A DNA stretch of 64,000 bases, taken from positions 108,810,001 through 108,874,000 of the forward strand of contig OX597819.1 in the NCBI GenBank assembly GCA_951406725.2, in the 5' to 3' direction. Source of the stretch: Octopus vulgaris. Taxonomy: Eukaryota. A program made the translations under genes and the position numbers. Under the pieces are notes generated by a model. It did no database searches. It saw nothing but the letters and a program-made list of their open reading frames with translations, and was not told the origin of the DNA. Every line of letters starts with the position of its first letter. The stretch's first letter is position 1. This document shows, piece by piece, positions 52,951 to 63,704 of this stretch.

Positions 52951-53379
52951 AAGGTTAAATACATTCAGTGGTTCTTAAGGGCCATGTGTGCCTTGCTAAC
53001 ATATATCTGTGTGTGTGCGTGTGTGTGTGTGTGTGTGCACATGTGAGTGAAGAAATGAAAGGAAGGACTACACGTCACATTTAGCTGATATTATATGATG
53101 TATGTATGCAATAACACTTGACTCTATCTTACTCAAAGTTTTATGGACATAGAACATGTCTACACCATCAGATGTAAGAAGTATCAGATGATGTGAATGT
53201 GTTCACACCCATGAAACCTCAAATAATGCACCCAAAATGCATTGTAATGAGGTTGGTAATAGGAAGGACATCCAGCTGTAGAAACCATGCCAAATCAGAC
53301 ACTGGAGCATGATGCAGTCCATAGACCCATCAGAACCTGCCAACTCATCCATCATTCCCTGCCAGCTTATGTTTATTCC

Positions 53380-53672
53380 TTCTTGAGCCATGCCTGGCTC
53401 ATAAGGGCCGGTTTCCCAGTTTCCTTGGCGTATAGGTTCCCCACCTGGATGGGACACCGGTCCGTCACAGGTGAGCTGCTAGATGCAGGAGGAAAGAGTA
53501 AGAGAAAGTTGTGGCGAAAGAGTCAACAGATGTTTGCCATTACCTTCTGCTGGAGCCGCATGGAGCTAAGGTGTTTTGCTCATAAACACACACATCGCCC
53601 AATCTGAGATTTGAATCCGCAATCCTTCGACTGCGAGTCCGCTGCCCTAACCACTAGGCCATGTGCCTCCAC
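53380..53672 (-). mobile_element. SINE family C copy nested in another repeat
   Basis: GGCTCATAAGGGCCGGTTTCC...CCCCACCTGGATGGGACACCGGTCC and head CCTAACCACTAGGCCATGTGCCTCCAC. CATTCCCTGCCAGCTT is repeated on both sides. Confidence 0.75.
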
Positions 53673-53908
53673 ATTCCCTGCCAGCTTGGAACATGGACAT
53701 TAAATTTTGATGATGGTGAGGATGATATATGATGTATTTGAGTATGAGCACTTTGGTGTCATTCATTATTAATCTTCTGTGAAAATATGTCTAGCCAAAG
53801 GGAAATATTATCTTACTTGGAAACAGGTGAGGTTTGGGCATCCATCCATAGAAAATCTACCTCAATGAATTCCATCTGACTATGCAAGCATGGAAAAGTA
53901 GACAATAT

Positions 53909-53949
<41 letters not shown>

Positions 53950-54342
53950 TGAGTAGTTGAATGAATTATCTTATTATGGATAATTCAGTTAACCGATACC
54001 TGGGTATATGTATTCCTGGTTTTATCTGATTGTACCAGGATAGCGTCTAAACTGTTTATATCATTGGTGACTTTGTTGAGGTATTTTAGGTGTTTATTCC
54101 TAAGGGGCAATTTACGGAATTTAATGCCCCTTACGATGTCCCACAGATCGTCTTAAAATTTCTTCAGTCTGGCATTAGGTGGAGGGGTTCCCCTCGACTT
54201 AAATAACTTTTTATATTCGAAAGAGGTGTTGATACTGTTCCGTTTTATGTCCTCATTATCGTGGAAGAAGTCGAGCCATCTAATGCGGTTGATAAATGCA
54301 TTTGTTTTGTTAACAATTTCCTTAAGGAAGGTTTCTTTTGGT

Positions 54343-54458
54343 GGTATTGGTATGTCCTTAAGGGATGCGTTGGTATTGGTATGTCCTTAAGGGATGCGTT
54401 GGTATTGGTATGTCCTTAAGGGATGCGTTGGTATTGGTATGTCCTTAAGGGATGCGTT
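54343..54458. repeat. Perfect 29-bp tandem repeat x4
   Basis: GGTATTGGTATGTCCTTAAGGGATGCGTT at 54343, 54372, 54401 and 54430, with no spacers. Confidence 0.95.
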
Positions 54459-54717
54459 AATGTCGAACAACTCCATTTGCGGTATCGGTTAAGGTAGCAG
54501 GATCTCAAGGAGACTGTATATGAATAATTGAGTAGTTGAATGAATTATCTTATTATGGATAATTCGGTTAACCGATACCTGGGTAGCAAATTCACGTCAG
54601 AAAAACATGGTTGAAGCTACATGCCTAGGGCAGAGATCACGTGCTATCGTGTGGAAATTTGTGTGTTTTTTTAAATACAAATAAATGAAAGAATGGAGTT
54701 GAACGACGAATTAACAA

Positions 54718-54820
54718 AATTCCTTTATTTTCGACATATGTTTCGAAGGCTGCATATTCCTAATTTCGAAGGAATAAGGGGTGCATTATGCCACCTTCTC
54801 ATCAGGAAAAACAAGGAACT
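54718..54820 (-). ncRNA. Type I hammerhead ribozyme with intact core
   Basis: TCCTTGTTTTTC CTGATGA GAAGG-TG-GCATA...TATGC-AG-CCTTC GAAAC ATAT GTC|GAAAATAAAGGA. Core is perfect and helices I and II pair; predicted cleavage between 54733 and 54732. Confidence 0.9.
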
Positions 54821-55022
54821 TATGTCAGCCTCAAGATGCACAAAAACATCTAGATGACTGCCCACACGGAGTCCATAGCAATAATGAGTGTTTCTTTAAA
54901 ATATTCCGTTATAAGCAGTGACGTCAAAAATGGTTGAATGTAGAAGATTCTAGAAGGTTCAAGGGTTCAAACAAGGTTGGAGGAGAGAGACCTAAGAATA
55001 GGAAGGTGAAAGGGTGCAGGTC

Positions 55023-55078
<56 letters not shown>

Positions 55079-55189
55079 TAGTTTTACCAGTTTATTGGAA
55101 AATACCTGGTGTATTTTTAGCGCACTATTTTCACAACAATAAATAAAATCAAGTTACATGATCTCAGTTCATGACTATTTCAGATCTGC

Positions 55190-56193
55190 ATTGAAAAGGA
55201 TTAAGAGTTTGTGAACATTTGTTGTTACTCTCAAAAGTTCAATGGTCATCAAAGGGAAACTGCTTGAGGTGTTTCTGTTCATTTTTAAAACAGCCATTGA
55301 ATTCTTCCAAGATTCTAATTTGTTCTCTGTGATGAAGTAGGAAACACCAAGCATAACATTGCTTACATGGCAGTTGCATTTACAAAGTTTAATGAAGTTA
55401 ATTTGCAACTTCAAGGAAATGAGATTAAACCTTATCAAAGAAAAATTTATCCTCTCCACGTGTCTATCCAAATTTCAGTTATTCAAACAATAATATAAGC
55501 CGTTGTGAATTCTTCCATTTTCCAAATCTCTATGAACCGGAGAAGGAAAAGAAGACAATAGTAAATGACCTTCAAATGTATTATTCACATGTGGATGAGC
55601 TGCAGAGACATATCTGGCAGATTTCAGGATCTGGCAGATTTCAGAGACATATCTGGCAGATTTCAGGAATAGTGGAGAAAGAACTGGTTTCACTTCAAAA
55701 TGATATTGAACTGAGACTAAAGTTTTAAAAGATCATATAAAAATTTTTAGTTACCAAAAAAAAAAAAGTCACATTTCTTACTGCTTCTCTGCACTGCAGA
55801 ACAAAGTCAAAATGTACTTTATTGCCTTCCCAATATCACATTTAGCAGAGTGTGTATAGTTACCTGACTGCCTTCAAAGCAAAGAAACTAATTAAAAATT
55901 ATTGAATCTAAGATTACTTATAAGTACATTTTCAGCCTGATGTCAAGAAGCTACCAAGTACTTCCAACCCATTAACAATGTGAAAATAATTTAATTACAG
56001 GTGAAATATAGATTTATTTCATATTGTAAAACTGGCAAAATAAATGGGTTTAGCAGTTCAAGTTTTATTTGTGAATATGGTTGTTTTGAATTTGCAAAAG
56101 AAAGAGGTGTATGCTTGTATGTATGTGTGGAGCATTAAGGGACATTTCTTGGGAGCCAAGGGTGAGCAACCTGAAAATATTTCAGAACCACTG
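55190..56193 (+). mobile_element. hAT (Buster/Charlie, ZBED-like) transposase remnant with right TIR
   Basis: VQWSSKGNCL (RWLS.G motif), IAYMA..FTKFNEVNLQLQGNEINLIK and FIAFP.S segments; terminal AGAACCACTG at 56184-56193. Confidence 0.7.
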
Positions 56194-57711
56194 AGTTAGA
56201 CGAGTATACTTTTGAGGTATTGTCTCCATTTTGTTTTACAGATGGATGTTAACTCTTATTTTTCAAATAAGGAATCATCTTCAAAGACACAAGGCTGGTG
56301 AATGATTTGCTGATGGGGTAAATTATTGCAACATCACCACTTACAGCTCAGCGATTTTCAGAGAAGTGGAAATGGAAACAAATAAAGAGATAAACATGTG
56401 CATACGAGCTCATGAGCACATGAGTATACATGAGCAAACATGTACACACACACTCTCTCTCTATTAGCTATATGTTGGAGGAAGATACATTATCTAGTAG
56501 AAACAAGTGCTCCTTCTCTCTCAAATCTATTTCTATTACAGTAACTGTATTAAGGCAGGTTGCTTTCTCTATGGCATAGGAAACTTCATGTATCTCTACT
56601 CATTATCCTAGAAAATTTATATTATATCAACATGGGTTTACTCTGAGTGCACATATTTTAGATGGGTTCCCTTCAAGTTAGTATGTGAAGTAACAATAGT
56701 AACAAGGTCAATACCACCAAGACGAGCATGAAAGCCTTAAGGTCATTACAACAAAGGCCAGAGAGAAATGTAACAAAGTGCAAGATCCAAGTACCATTAT
56801 GGAGGTGATGTTACATTATGTGTAGGAGGATAATAACTCAATACTGTACATGTAGTTCAAATAACTGATACACTGTTAAAGATCCAATAGGAAATTAGTA
56901 AATCAGCAGACAATCAGAACTCTAATATATTTGATATTTAAAATCTCTTCAGAAAGTTTTTACCAGATTTCACACTGATATGGTTTCTCTCCATTATGAA
57001 TAATATTTTGCTTTGCTAAGGCAGCAGTTCTTGTGAAGGCTTTGTCACAAATGTCATATTTGTAGTTTTTGACTCTAATATGGATTACTACATGTCACTT
57101 TAATCCATTATTTCTTGAGGAGGTTTTACCACAAATATATCAGTGGAATAGTTTTTCTTCCTGTGTGAATCATTTCATAAGTCAAGCTAGTTTTTCTCCT
57201 GAATACTTTGTCACCACAGTGACATTTGTATAATTTATCTCCAGAATGAAGCACTAAATGTTGCTTTAATATAGCAATACATGAGAAAGTTTTCACACAG
57301 GTTTCACAGTTGTTGGGCTGAATGTATTAATACATGTTTGTTAAAATGACCCCTTTTGAAAAAAGCTTAATCACAAATTTCTTAGTGGTAGGGTCTCTCT
57401 TCAGTGTGAACACTTTTATTCGAAATTTAATGCACATTTTACTGAAAATGCTTTAACACAAATGTTACATGTTCATTTTTTTCTCATGTATGAACCAATT
57501 TATACTACTTTAAAACACTATTGTATGAGAATGTTTTACCCCAGATATCACCACAATATTGCTTTTCTCCAGCATGAACCATTTTAATGCACGATTATTT
57601 TATTAAGTTAAATCACAAATTTCACAGTTGAATGTCTTCTTACCTGTGTGAATCATGTCATGTGTAGTTAAACTTGTTTTTCCTGAGAATGCTTTTCACA
57701 AACATCACATT

Positions 57712-58050
57712 TAATAATAATAATAATAATAATTGTGTACAGTGCTCAGGTGCACTACAACTCATCTAAAGTGTATATATAATCAGGTGTAGTTTCGGCG
57801 GATTTCAGAAAGCATGAGGGCCTTAAAGGATGCAGTGTCATGGCAGTCAACAACTGACGCAGGCAGTTTATTCCATGCTTCAGCAACTCTGAGCGTGAAA
57901 AAATGTTTCCGAAAGTCATGGGAGCTGTGTTGTTTTCTGACTTTGTAGGCATGTCCACGTGTGTTAGACACATGGAGATCAAAAAGGTGTTCAGTGTTGT
58001 TGTTGGTGAGGTGGTTGATAACCTTGTGGGTGTTTGTATATCCTATTTCC
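57712..58050 (-). mobile_element. 3' fragment of the same CR1/L2-group LINE family as 31545-33435
   Basis: ORF SNTRGHAYKVRKQHSSHDFRKHFFTLRVAEAWNKLP (CR1-type C-terminus) and the (ATT)n tail. Confidence 0.85.
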
Positions 58051-58717
58051 AGTATCAGCTACTTGTCATGAGCTTGTATATTTGTGTGTTTGCTGAAGAC
58101 CAACTTCATGTGGTTGGTCACCAGAAAGAAGGATGTTGTGTCCTTAAATTGAATGAAAAAATCATGCTGGCAGCATGTATTATAAATAAGGCAAACTTAC
58201 AAATGTTCAACCATATTTTATTGATAGAAAGCTGTGCATATAAATGCACAAATTATCACAGATTCACATGTTATCAGATTAGTGAGTAGTAATAAATTTA
58301 CTGATTTTGCTTAGACATTAGCTACTTGGAAAAGAAAAATGTAGATACAAAACTGCTGCACATTGTTAAAGCTTGGAGAAAAGAACCATGATGTCTTGTT
58401 AGAAGGTTAGCAGTGGACTGCTCTGATCTGTCTTGATTGAAGGTTAGCTGTGGTCTGCTATGAGTTAAGCTCCAAAGTGTTTAACTAGGGTAAAAGGGTG
58501 CAAAGCTAGAATATTTGAGAAAACCATATCACATCACAGCTTCACTCTGACTGGTCAGTTTGTAAATCAATCATGTGAAACTGTAATGGTATAGTCACAT
58601 TCACAATCTGTTTATTTCGTAGTCAGGGTTTGAATCCCATTATATTAATAATTGATTGCTTTATTAAAGCATTACTTGCAAAAGTTTTACCACAGATTTC
58701 ACAATGGAATGGTCTTA

Positions 58718-59122
58718 CTCTTTTACTCTTTACTTGTTTCAGTCATTTGACTGCAGCCATGCTGGAGCACCGCCTTTAGTCGAGCAAATCAACCCCTGGA
58801 CTTATTCTTTGTAAGCCTAGTGCTTATTCTATTGGTCTATTTTGCTGAACCACTAAGTTACAGGGACATAAATACACTAGCATCAGTTGTCAAGCAATGC
58901 TAGGGGGACAAACACGGACATGCAAACATACACACACACACATATATATACATATATACAATGGGCTTCTTTCAGTTTCCATCTACCAAATCCACTTACA
59001 AGGCTTTGGTCAGCCCGAGGCTGTAGTAGAAGATACTTGCTCAAGGTGCCACACAGTGGGACTGAACCTGGAACCATATGTTTGGTAAGCAAGCTACTTA
59101 CCACACAGCCACTCCTGCACCT
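58718..59122 (-). mobile_element. SINE family B, full length, well preserved
   Basis: Tail TACTCTTTTACTCTTTACTTGTTTCAGTCATTTGACTGCAGCCATGCTGGAGCACCGCC through to head CACACAGCCACTCCTGCACC. Confidence 0.88.
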
Positions 59123-59132
59123 CTTAAAAAAA

Positions 59133-59482
59133 AAGTAAAGTTACCTTCTTGTGTCATACTGACTCATAAGGGCTGGTTTCCTGGCTTCATGGACTATAGA
59201 TTTCCCACCTGGATGGGATACTGGTCCGTTACAGTAAAGTTACCTTCTTGTGTCATACTGACTCATAAGGGCTGGTTTTCTGGTTACCTGGGCTATAGAT
59301 TTCCCACCTGGATGGGACATTGGTCCATTACAGGATTATTCATTTTTGCCAGCTGAATGGACTGGAGCAACGTGAAATGAATTTTTTTGCTCAAAAACAC
59401 ATGTTGCCCAGTCCAGGAATCAAAACCACAATCTTGCGATCATGAGGCCAAAATCCTTACCACTAAGCCATGTGCCTCCACA
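59133..59482 (-). mobile_element. SINE family C copy with tandem-duplicated 3' tail
   Basis: Two ~100 bp copies of AGTAAAGTTACCTTCTTGTGTCATACTGACTCATAAGGGCTGGTTT...CCCACCTGGATGGGA (59133 and 59233), then the core and head CCACTAAGCCATGTGCCTCCAC. Confidence 0.8.
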
Positions 59483-59820
59483 AATGGTCTCTTATGCCTA
59501 TACGAATCAATTTATACATCTTTAGGTTAAAATTACTTTTGAAATCCTTACCACAAACATCATGGCGGAATGGTTTCTCTCTTGTGTGAATATTTTTATG
59601 CATCTTTAGACTAGAATTACTTTTGAAAACTTTACTCCAAATATTGCAGTCACATAGTTTCTCAATGTGTCTCCTGATAACTATTATACATGGATGCCTT
59701 ACCATGTATATTGCACTGATATCGTTTCTTTTCAGTATGAGCTTATGAGTTACAAAGACAGTTCCTCTTCAGCTTAAGTTTATGAGTTATGAATTAAAAT
59801 GTAAAATACATAAAAACTTC

Positions 59821-60109
59821 CAGTTCTATATCTAAGAGATGAGGAATTATGTACATTATTTACATTATTTACATTTGACAGATATTTATATTTGACAGGC
59901 ATATGGCGTAGTGGTTGAGAGCGCGGGCTACTAGCCCCAAGATTCCAAGTTCGATTCCAAGCAGTGACCTGAACAACAATAACAACAACAACAATAATAC
60001 TAATACTAATAATAATAACAACAACAATAATAATAATAACATTGAAAAATACCTTAGGAATGAAAACCTAGGTTTGAAATTTCCCCAAGACACCTGATGA
60101 AGGCTGGAG
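59821..60109 (+). mobile_element. Uninterrupted but 3'-truncated copy of the tRNA-headed hammerhead-tailed element
   Basis: Inverted tail at 59821-59887, tRNA-like head at 59898-59971, (AAC/AAT)n linker, then the tail up to CTGATGAAGGCTGGAG. Confidence 0.85.
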
Positions 60110-60196
60110 AAAGCAGTAAAGGATATAGTCGCATCAAATATATTAAGATAAATTACTTGGAAATGGATGCGTGGTGTTCAATCAAATAATAATATA

Positions 60197-60243
<47 letters not shown>

Positions 60244-60351
60244 TTTAAAATTAAGGATAAAATCTTTATATGAAATTATCAGTAGTTAGCGTGAAAAACC
60301 TCGTAAGAGAAAAAATCTGTAAATTTTTCCACTTTGAAAATATTTATTTAT

Positions 60352-60620
60352 ATTATATAGAGGGTACTATTATTCATAGGTACCACACGCTAGGAGGGAC
60401 TCTTGCAGTCAAAACTACTAAAATAAACAAATTGTACCGAATGCAAAACTTCAAAGCAAGTCATTTAAAAACAGAATTTAGTTACATATCACCTGTGATT
60501 TCACAATCAATGCAGAATATGCATTCTATGCTCTTCAGTGCAACGAACTCAAGACATGTAAGTAGTTTTGACTGCAAGAGTCCCTCCTAGCATGCGGTAC
60601 CTATGAATAATAGTACCCTC

Positions 60621-60627
<7 letters not shown>
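60352..60627. repeat. Inverted repeat (~68-bp arms) enclosing a hammerhead motif
   Basis: ATTATATAGAGGGTACTATTATTCATAGGTACC..GCTAGGAGGGACTCTTGCAGTCAAAACTAC, with its reverse complement at 60561-60627. Confidence 0.9.
60481..60544 (-). ncRNA. Type I hammerhead ribozyme (CUGAAGA variant)
   Basis: GTTGCA CTGAAGA GCA..AATGCA/TGCATT..TGT GAAA TCAC-AG-GTGA TA|TGTAAC. Helices I, II and III all pair; AUA cleavage triplet. Confidence 0.8.
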
Positions 60628-60659
<32 letters not shown>

Positions 60660-60694
60660 TATATATATGCATATATGTATACGTATATGCGTAC

Positions 60695-60990
60695 ATAAAG
60701 AAGTTTGCTTCCCAACCAAATGGTCCCAGTTTCAGTTCCACTACAGAGAAACTTTGAGCGAAAGTGTCTTCTGTTCTAGACACAGGTCAACCAAAACCTT
60801 ATGAGTGGATTTGGTAAGCAGAATCTGAAAGAACCCTGTCATGTTTGTGTGTGGGGATGCATATGTGTGCATACTTGTGTGTGCATGTGTGTGTGTGTAT
60901 ATGTGGGTGTGTGTATGTGTATCTCCTTGACATGACATCTTGTGATTAGGGTAAATAAATGTCATTCATTACCAATATTCTGCAAAAACA
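60695..60990 (+). mobile_element. SINE family B variant, degenerate
   Basis: AAGAAGTTTGCTTCCCAACCA..TTCAGTTCCACT..AAGTGTCTTCT..GAGTGGATTTGGTA segments. Confidence 0.65.
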
Positions 60991-61964
60991 TCTATGGACA
61001 TACATTTGTGTGTGTATGTAGGAAATATTCTATACCCTGAAGTAATTGGTCAACTGGGACCACATTAGGAAATGTTTCCTCAAGGTGTCGCACACAAGGT
61101 TCAAACTTGGAGGCACTTGATTGTGAATTGAACTTCTTAACCTCTTAATCACACTTGGCAATGTGCCTAACCACCATTAAAATCTTGACCACATACCCTG
61201 CAATAATAGCGTAATGTCCATAGACAGGATATTACTATACTTGACCCAAACTGGACTTCTTAGATCTGGGTTGACTGACCTGTGTTGCTGGTTTGATTGG
61301 CTTTTTCTGTTCTTAGTTTTGCTGAAGCAAAACTAATTAGAAGATACTTAACAACTACAACAATAACAGCAGCAGCTGCAACAACAATAACAACAACAAC
61401 AACAATGCTATCTATAAAAAGCTAATGAAGCAGCCTGTGTGTGGTTGTTCAATATGCAAGAAATAACAACCAAATCTTCCTTATATTACATCTCACTGTC
61501 TTAATAAAGGGAAAAGAATCTGAAGTCTTCGATATTGACCAAAATAATTAAACAACTTAATAATAACGAGCCAGTCTGAGAACCTCTATATTGTCCCTCT
61601 GCCTTCTAGTACAACACCTGAGTCTCCCTTAAATCACTCTACCATGGAGTAAAAACGAATATACAGAGTACCTGGAAAAAATGGGAAGTTCATGGCTGGA
61701 ATTGGCGCTGACCTGCACTAAACAACATTGATAACTTTATAGACACAACCATCACCACCAACAATAACAACAACTCTATTTCTGTAAACAATACAACAGG
61801 TGAGGTAATGAGAAAGCTTGTTATAGTGACTGCTCAGTCTTTTATCTATGTAGTCGTTCACTCTTATCTATGTAGCTACTCAGTCTGTTGGCTTTGTAGT
61901 TGCTCAGTTAACTTTGTAGCTATTCACCTTGCTATAAATGTAGCTACTCAGTATCTAATATATA

Positions 61965-62177
61965 TATTTCTTTACTGCCCACAAAGGGCTAAACATAGAG
62001 GGGACAAACAAGGACAGACAAAGGGATTAAGTCCATTACATCGACCCCAGTGCGTAAGTGGTACTTTATTTATCGACCCCCGAAAGGATGAAAGGCAAAG
62101 TCGACCTCGGCGGAATTTGAACTCAGAACGTAACGGCGGACGAAATACGGCTACGCATTTCGCCCGGCGTGCTAATG
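61965..62177 (-). mobile_element. SINE family A, young CpG-intact copy inserted in a minisatellite
   Basis: Consensus-like sequence with CpGs preserved; TSD CAGTATCTAATATATA on both sides. Confidence 0.9.
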
Positions 62178-62944
62178 TTTCTGCCAGCTCACCGCCTTCA
62201 GTATCTAATATATAGGGCTGCTCTGTAAGTTATCAATGTAGCTCAGTTTGCTATCTATGTAGCACTCAGTATCTAATTTATGTAACTGCTGAGTCCGTTA
62301 CCTGATGCAACTGCTCAATCTGTTATTCGTGTGGCTTCTCAGTTTCCTTGAGGTATTCGTGTGTCTGTTCAATCTATCTAAATTATTACCCACTGTACTG
62401 TTTATGTGGCTGTACAGTCTGTCATCTATGTAGCTATTCAGACTATTATTTTTGTGATGCTCAGTCTGTTCTCTATGCGGTTGCTCACTAAGTTATCTGA
62501 CTGCTAATCCTGTGATGTATGTACCTGCTCAGTCAATTATTAGTGTTGATGCCCAGTCTGTTATCATCATAACAGTTAAATCTGTATCTATGTGGCTACT
62601 CAGTCTGTTATCAATGCGGTGATGCAGTCTATTATTTCATGTGCAGCCCAGTCTATTTTCAATGTAATTGCTCAGTCTGTTGTCAAATTACTCAGTCAGT
62701 TATCTATGGAGCTCCTCAGTATGTTACCTGTGTAACTGGTCAGTTGATTACCTATGTAACCGCTCAGTTTGTTACTTATGTATCTGCTCAGTGACTACTA
62801 AGTAGATACTCAGCTTGTTATTTACGAGACTGGTCAACCCATTATTTAAGTAGCTGCTCAGTCTTTTAGAAGCATCACTGCATCTGTTTAATGAAATAGT
62901 TATTCAAATCTGTCACATATGTAGCTGTTCAGTTTATTATATGT

Positions 62945-63170
62945 ATACAAGGAACTGCTAAAAAGTTCTTGGCTTTGGGTAAAAGAAAATACAGGAGGAT
63001 CAGTTAATTATGATTTTATTCAACATGTTCCCCTCTCAGTCTCAGATTCACACACTTATTGCAGTGATCATTGAGTTTTTCTAAGCCCTGTAAAAGAACT
63101 CGAAAGGATGGGCCTGCAACTAGGCTTCTGATGATACCCTTAAAGCCAAGAACTTTTCAGCACCCCTCAT
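62945..63170. mobile_element. Tc1/mariner-type MITE
   Basis: Imperfect TIRs TACAAGGAACTGCTAAAAAGTTCTTGGCTTT / AAAGCCAAGAACTTTTCAGCACCCCTCATA, with TA ends. Confidence 0.75.
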
Positions 63171-63189
63171 AGTTGCTCAATTTGTTATC

Positions 63190-63704
63190 TACCATAAATC
63201 CTCGAGTATAATCTGCATTTTTTCCCCAAAATTTAAAGGTGAAAATCCATAGTGCATATTATAAACGAGGTTAAAAATGAAAATTATTTTCTAAGCAATG
63301 TTCAAGTCTCTATTTGCTGTCAAGCAATGCTTATTCAGACGCATTTTGTGATGTTGGCCACGAAAATACCTTAAGCTAAGCCTGAAAGCAATTAAGTCAT
63401 AAAAGAATCATCCATAACTTGCAGTAAGCAACATTTATTAAACGTTATTACTGTTATTTCTCTATTTTCTGCAAACAAAATGAACAAAAAAGCTACACGT
63501 TTGCATTACGTTATATATACAATAATAATAAAGGATGTTACCCTATACATTTTTACAAACCAAGGACGTTATATAGACCTCCTTGACTCAAGTTAGAGAA
63601 AGGTTCATATTATACACAAGGTTTAGGTTTTTCAGAGGTACAGCCCCCTAAAAATCCCCTGTGTATTATACTCAAGGGCAGACTATACTCAAGGATTTAC
63701 GGTA
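63190..63704. mobile_element. Pogo/Tigger-type MITE
   Basis: TIRs TACCATAAATCCTCGAGTATAATCTGC / GCAGACTATACTCAAGGATTTACGGTA, with a subterminal TATTATAC repeat. Confidence 0.75.

Larger units (their letters stand above)
53946..55022 (-). mobile_element. Non-autonomous Penelope-like element with hammerhead, direct repeats and ORF N-terminal remnant
   Basis: HHR at 54820-54718. ATG at 54476 then NASLKDIPIPPKETFLKEIVNKTNAFINRIRWLDFF, resembling the Neptune-type PLE N-terminal K.IPIP...R.RW motif. A ~60 bp direct repeat lies at 53946-54005 and 54524-54584, with (TA)n on both flanks. Confidence 0.8.
56850..59760 (-). pseudogene. Decayed C2H2 zinc-finger array gene, split by LINE and SINE insertions
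   Basis: Minus-strand finger remnants: KVFKSNSSLKMHKNIHTREKPFRHDVCGKDF (59700-59500), CEICGKTF (~58700), CDVCEK..TTHDMIHTGKKTFNCEICD (57710-57610) and IHTG.EK.FH..ICGKT (~57170). Many stops and frameshifts. Confidence 0.8.

Noticed and set aside
51072-52958. Many ORFs rich in Y/I/C/V/M/H/T
   Set aside because: These are translations of (TA)/(CA)/(TATG)n microsatellites. The same applies to the ORFs at 31183-31554 and 48841-49211.
52966-52980. CAGTGGTTCTT as the left TIR of the hAT remnant ending at 56193
   Set aside because: The match is short, I found no convincing 8-bp TSD pair, and several insertions intervene, so it is not supportable.
54343-54458. 29-bp repeats resembling a CRISPR array
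   Set aside because: The units are directly adjacent with no spacers, there are no cas genes, and the context is a eukaryotic retroelement.
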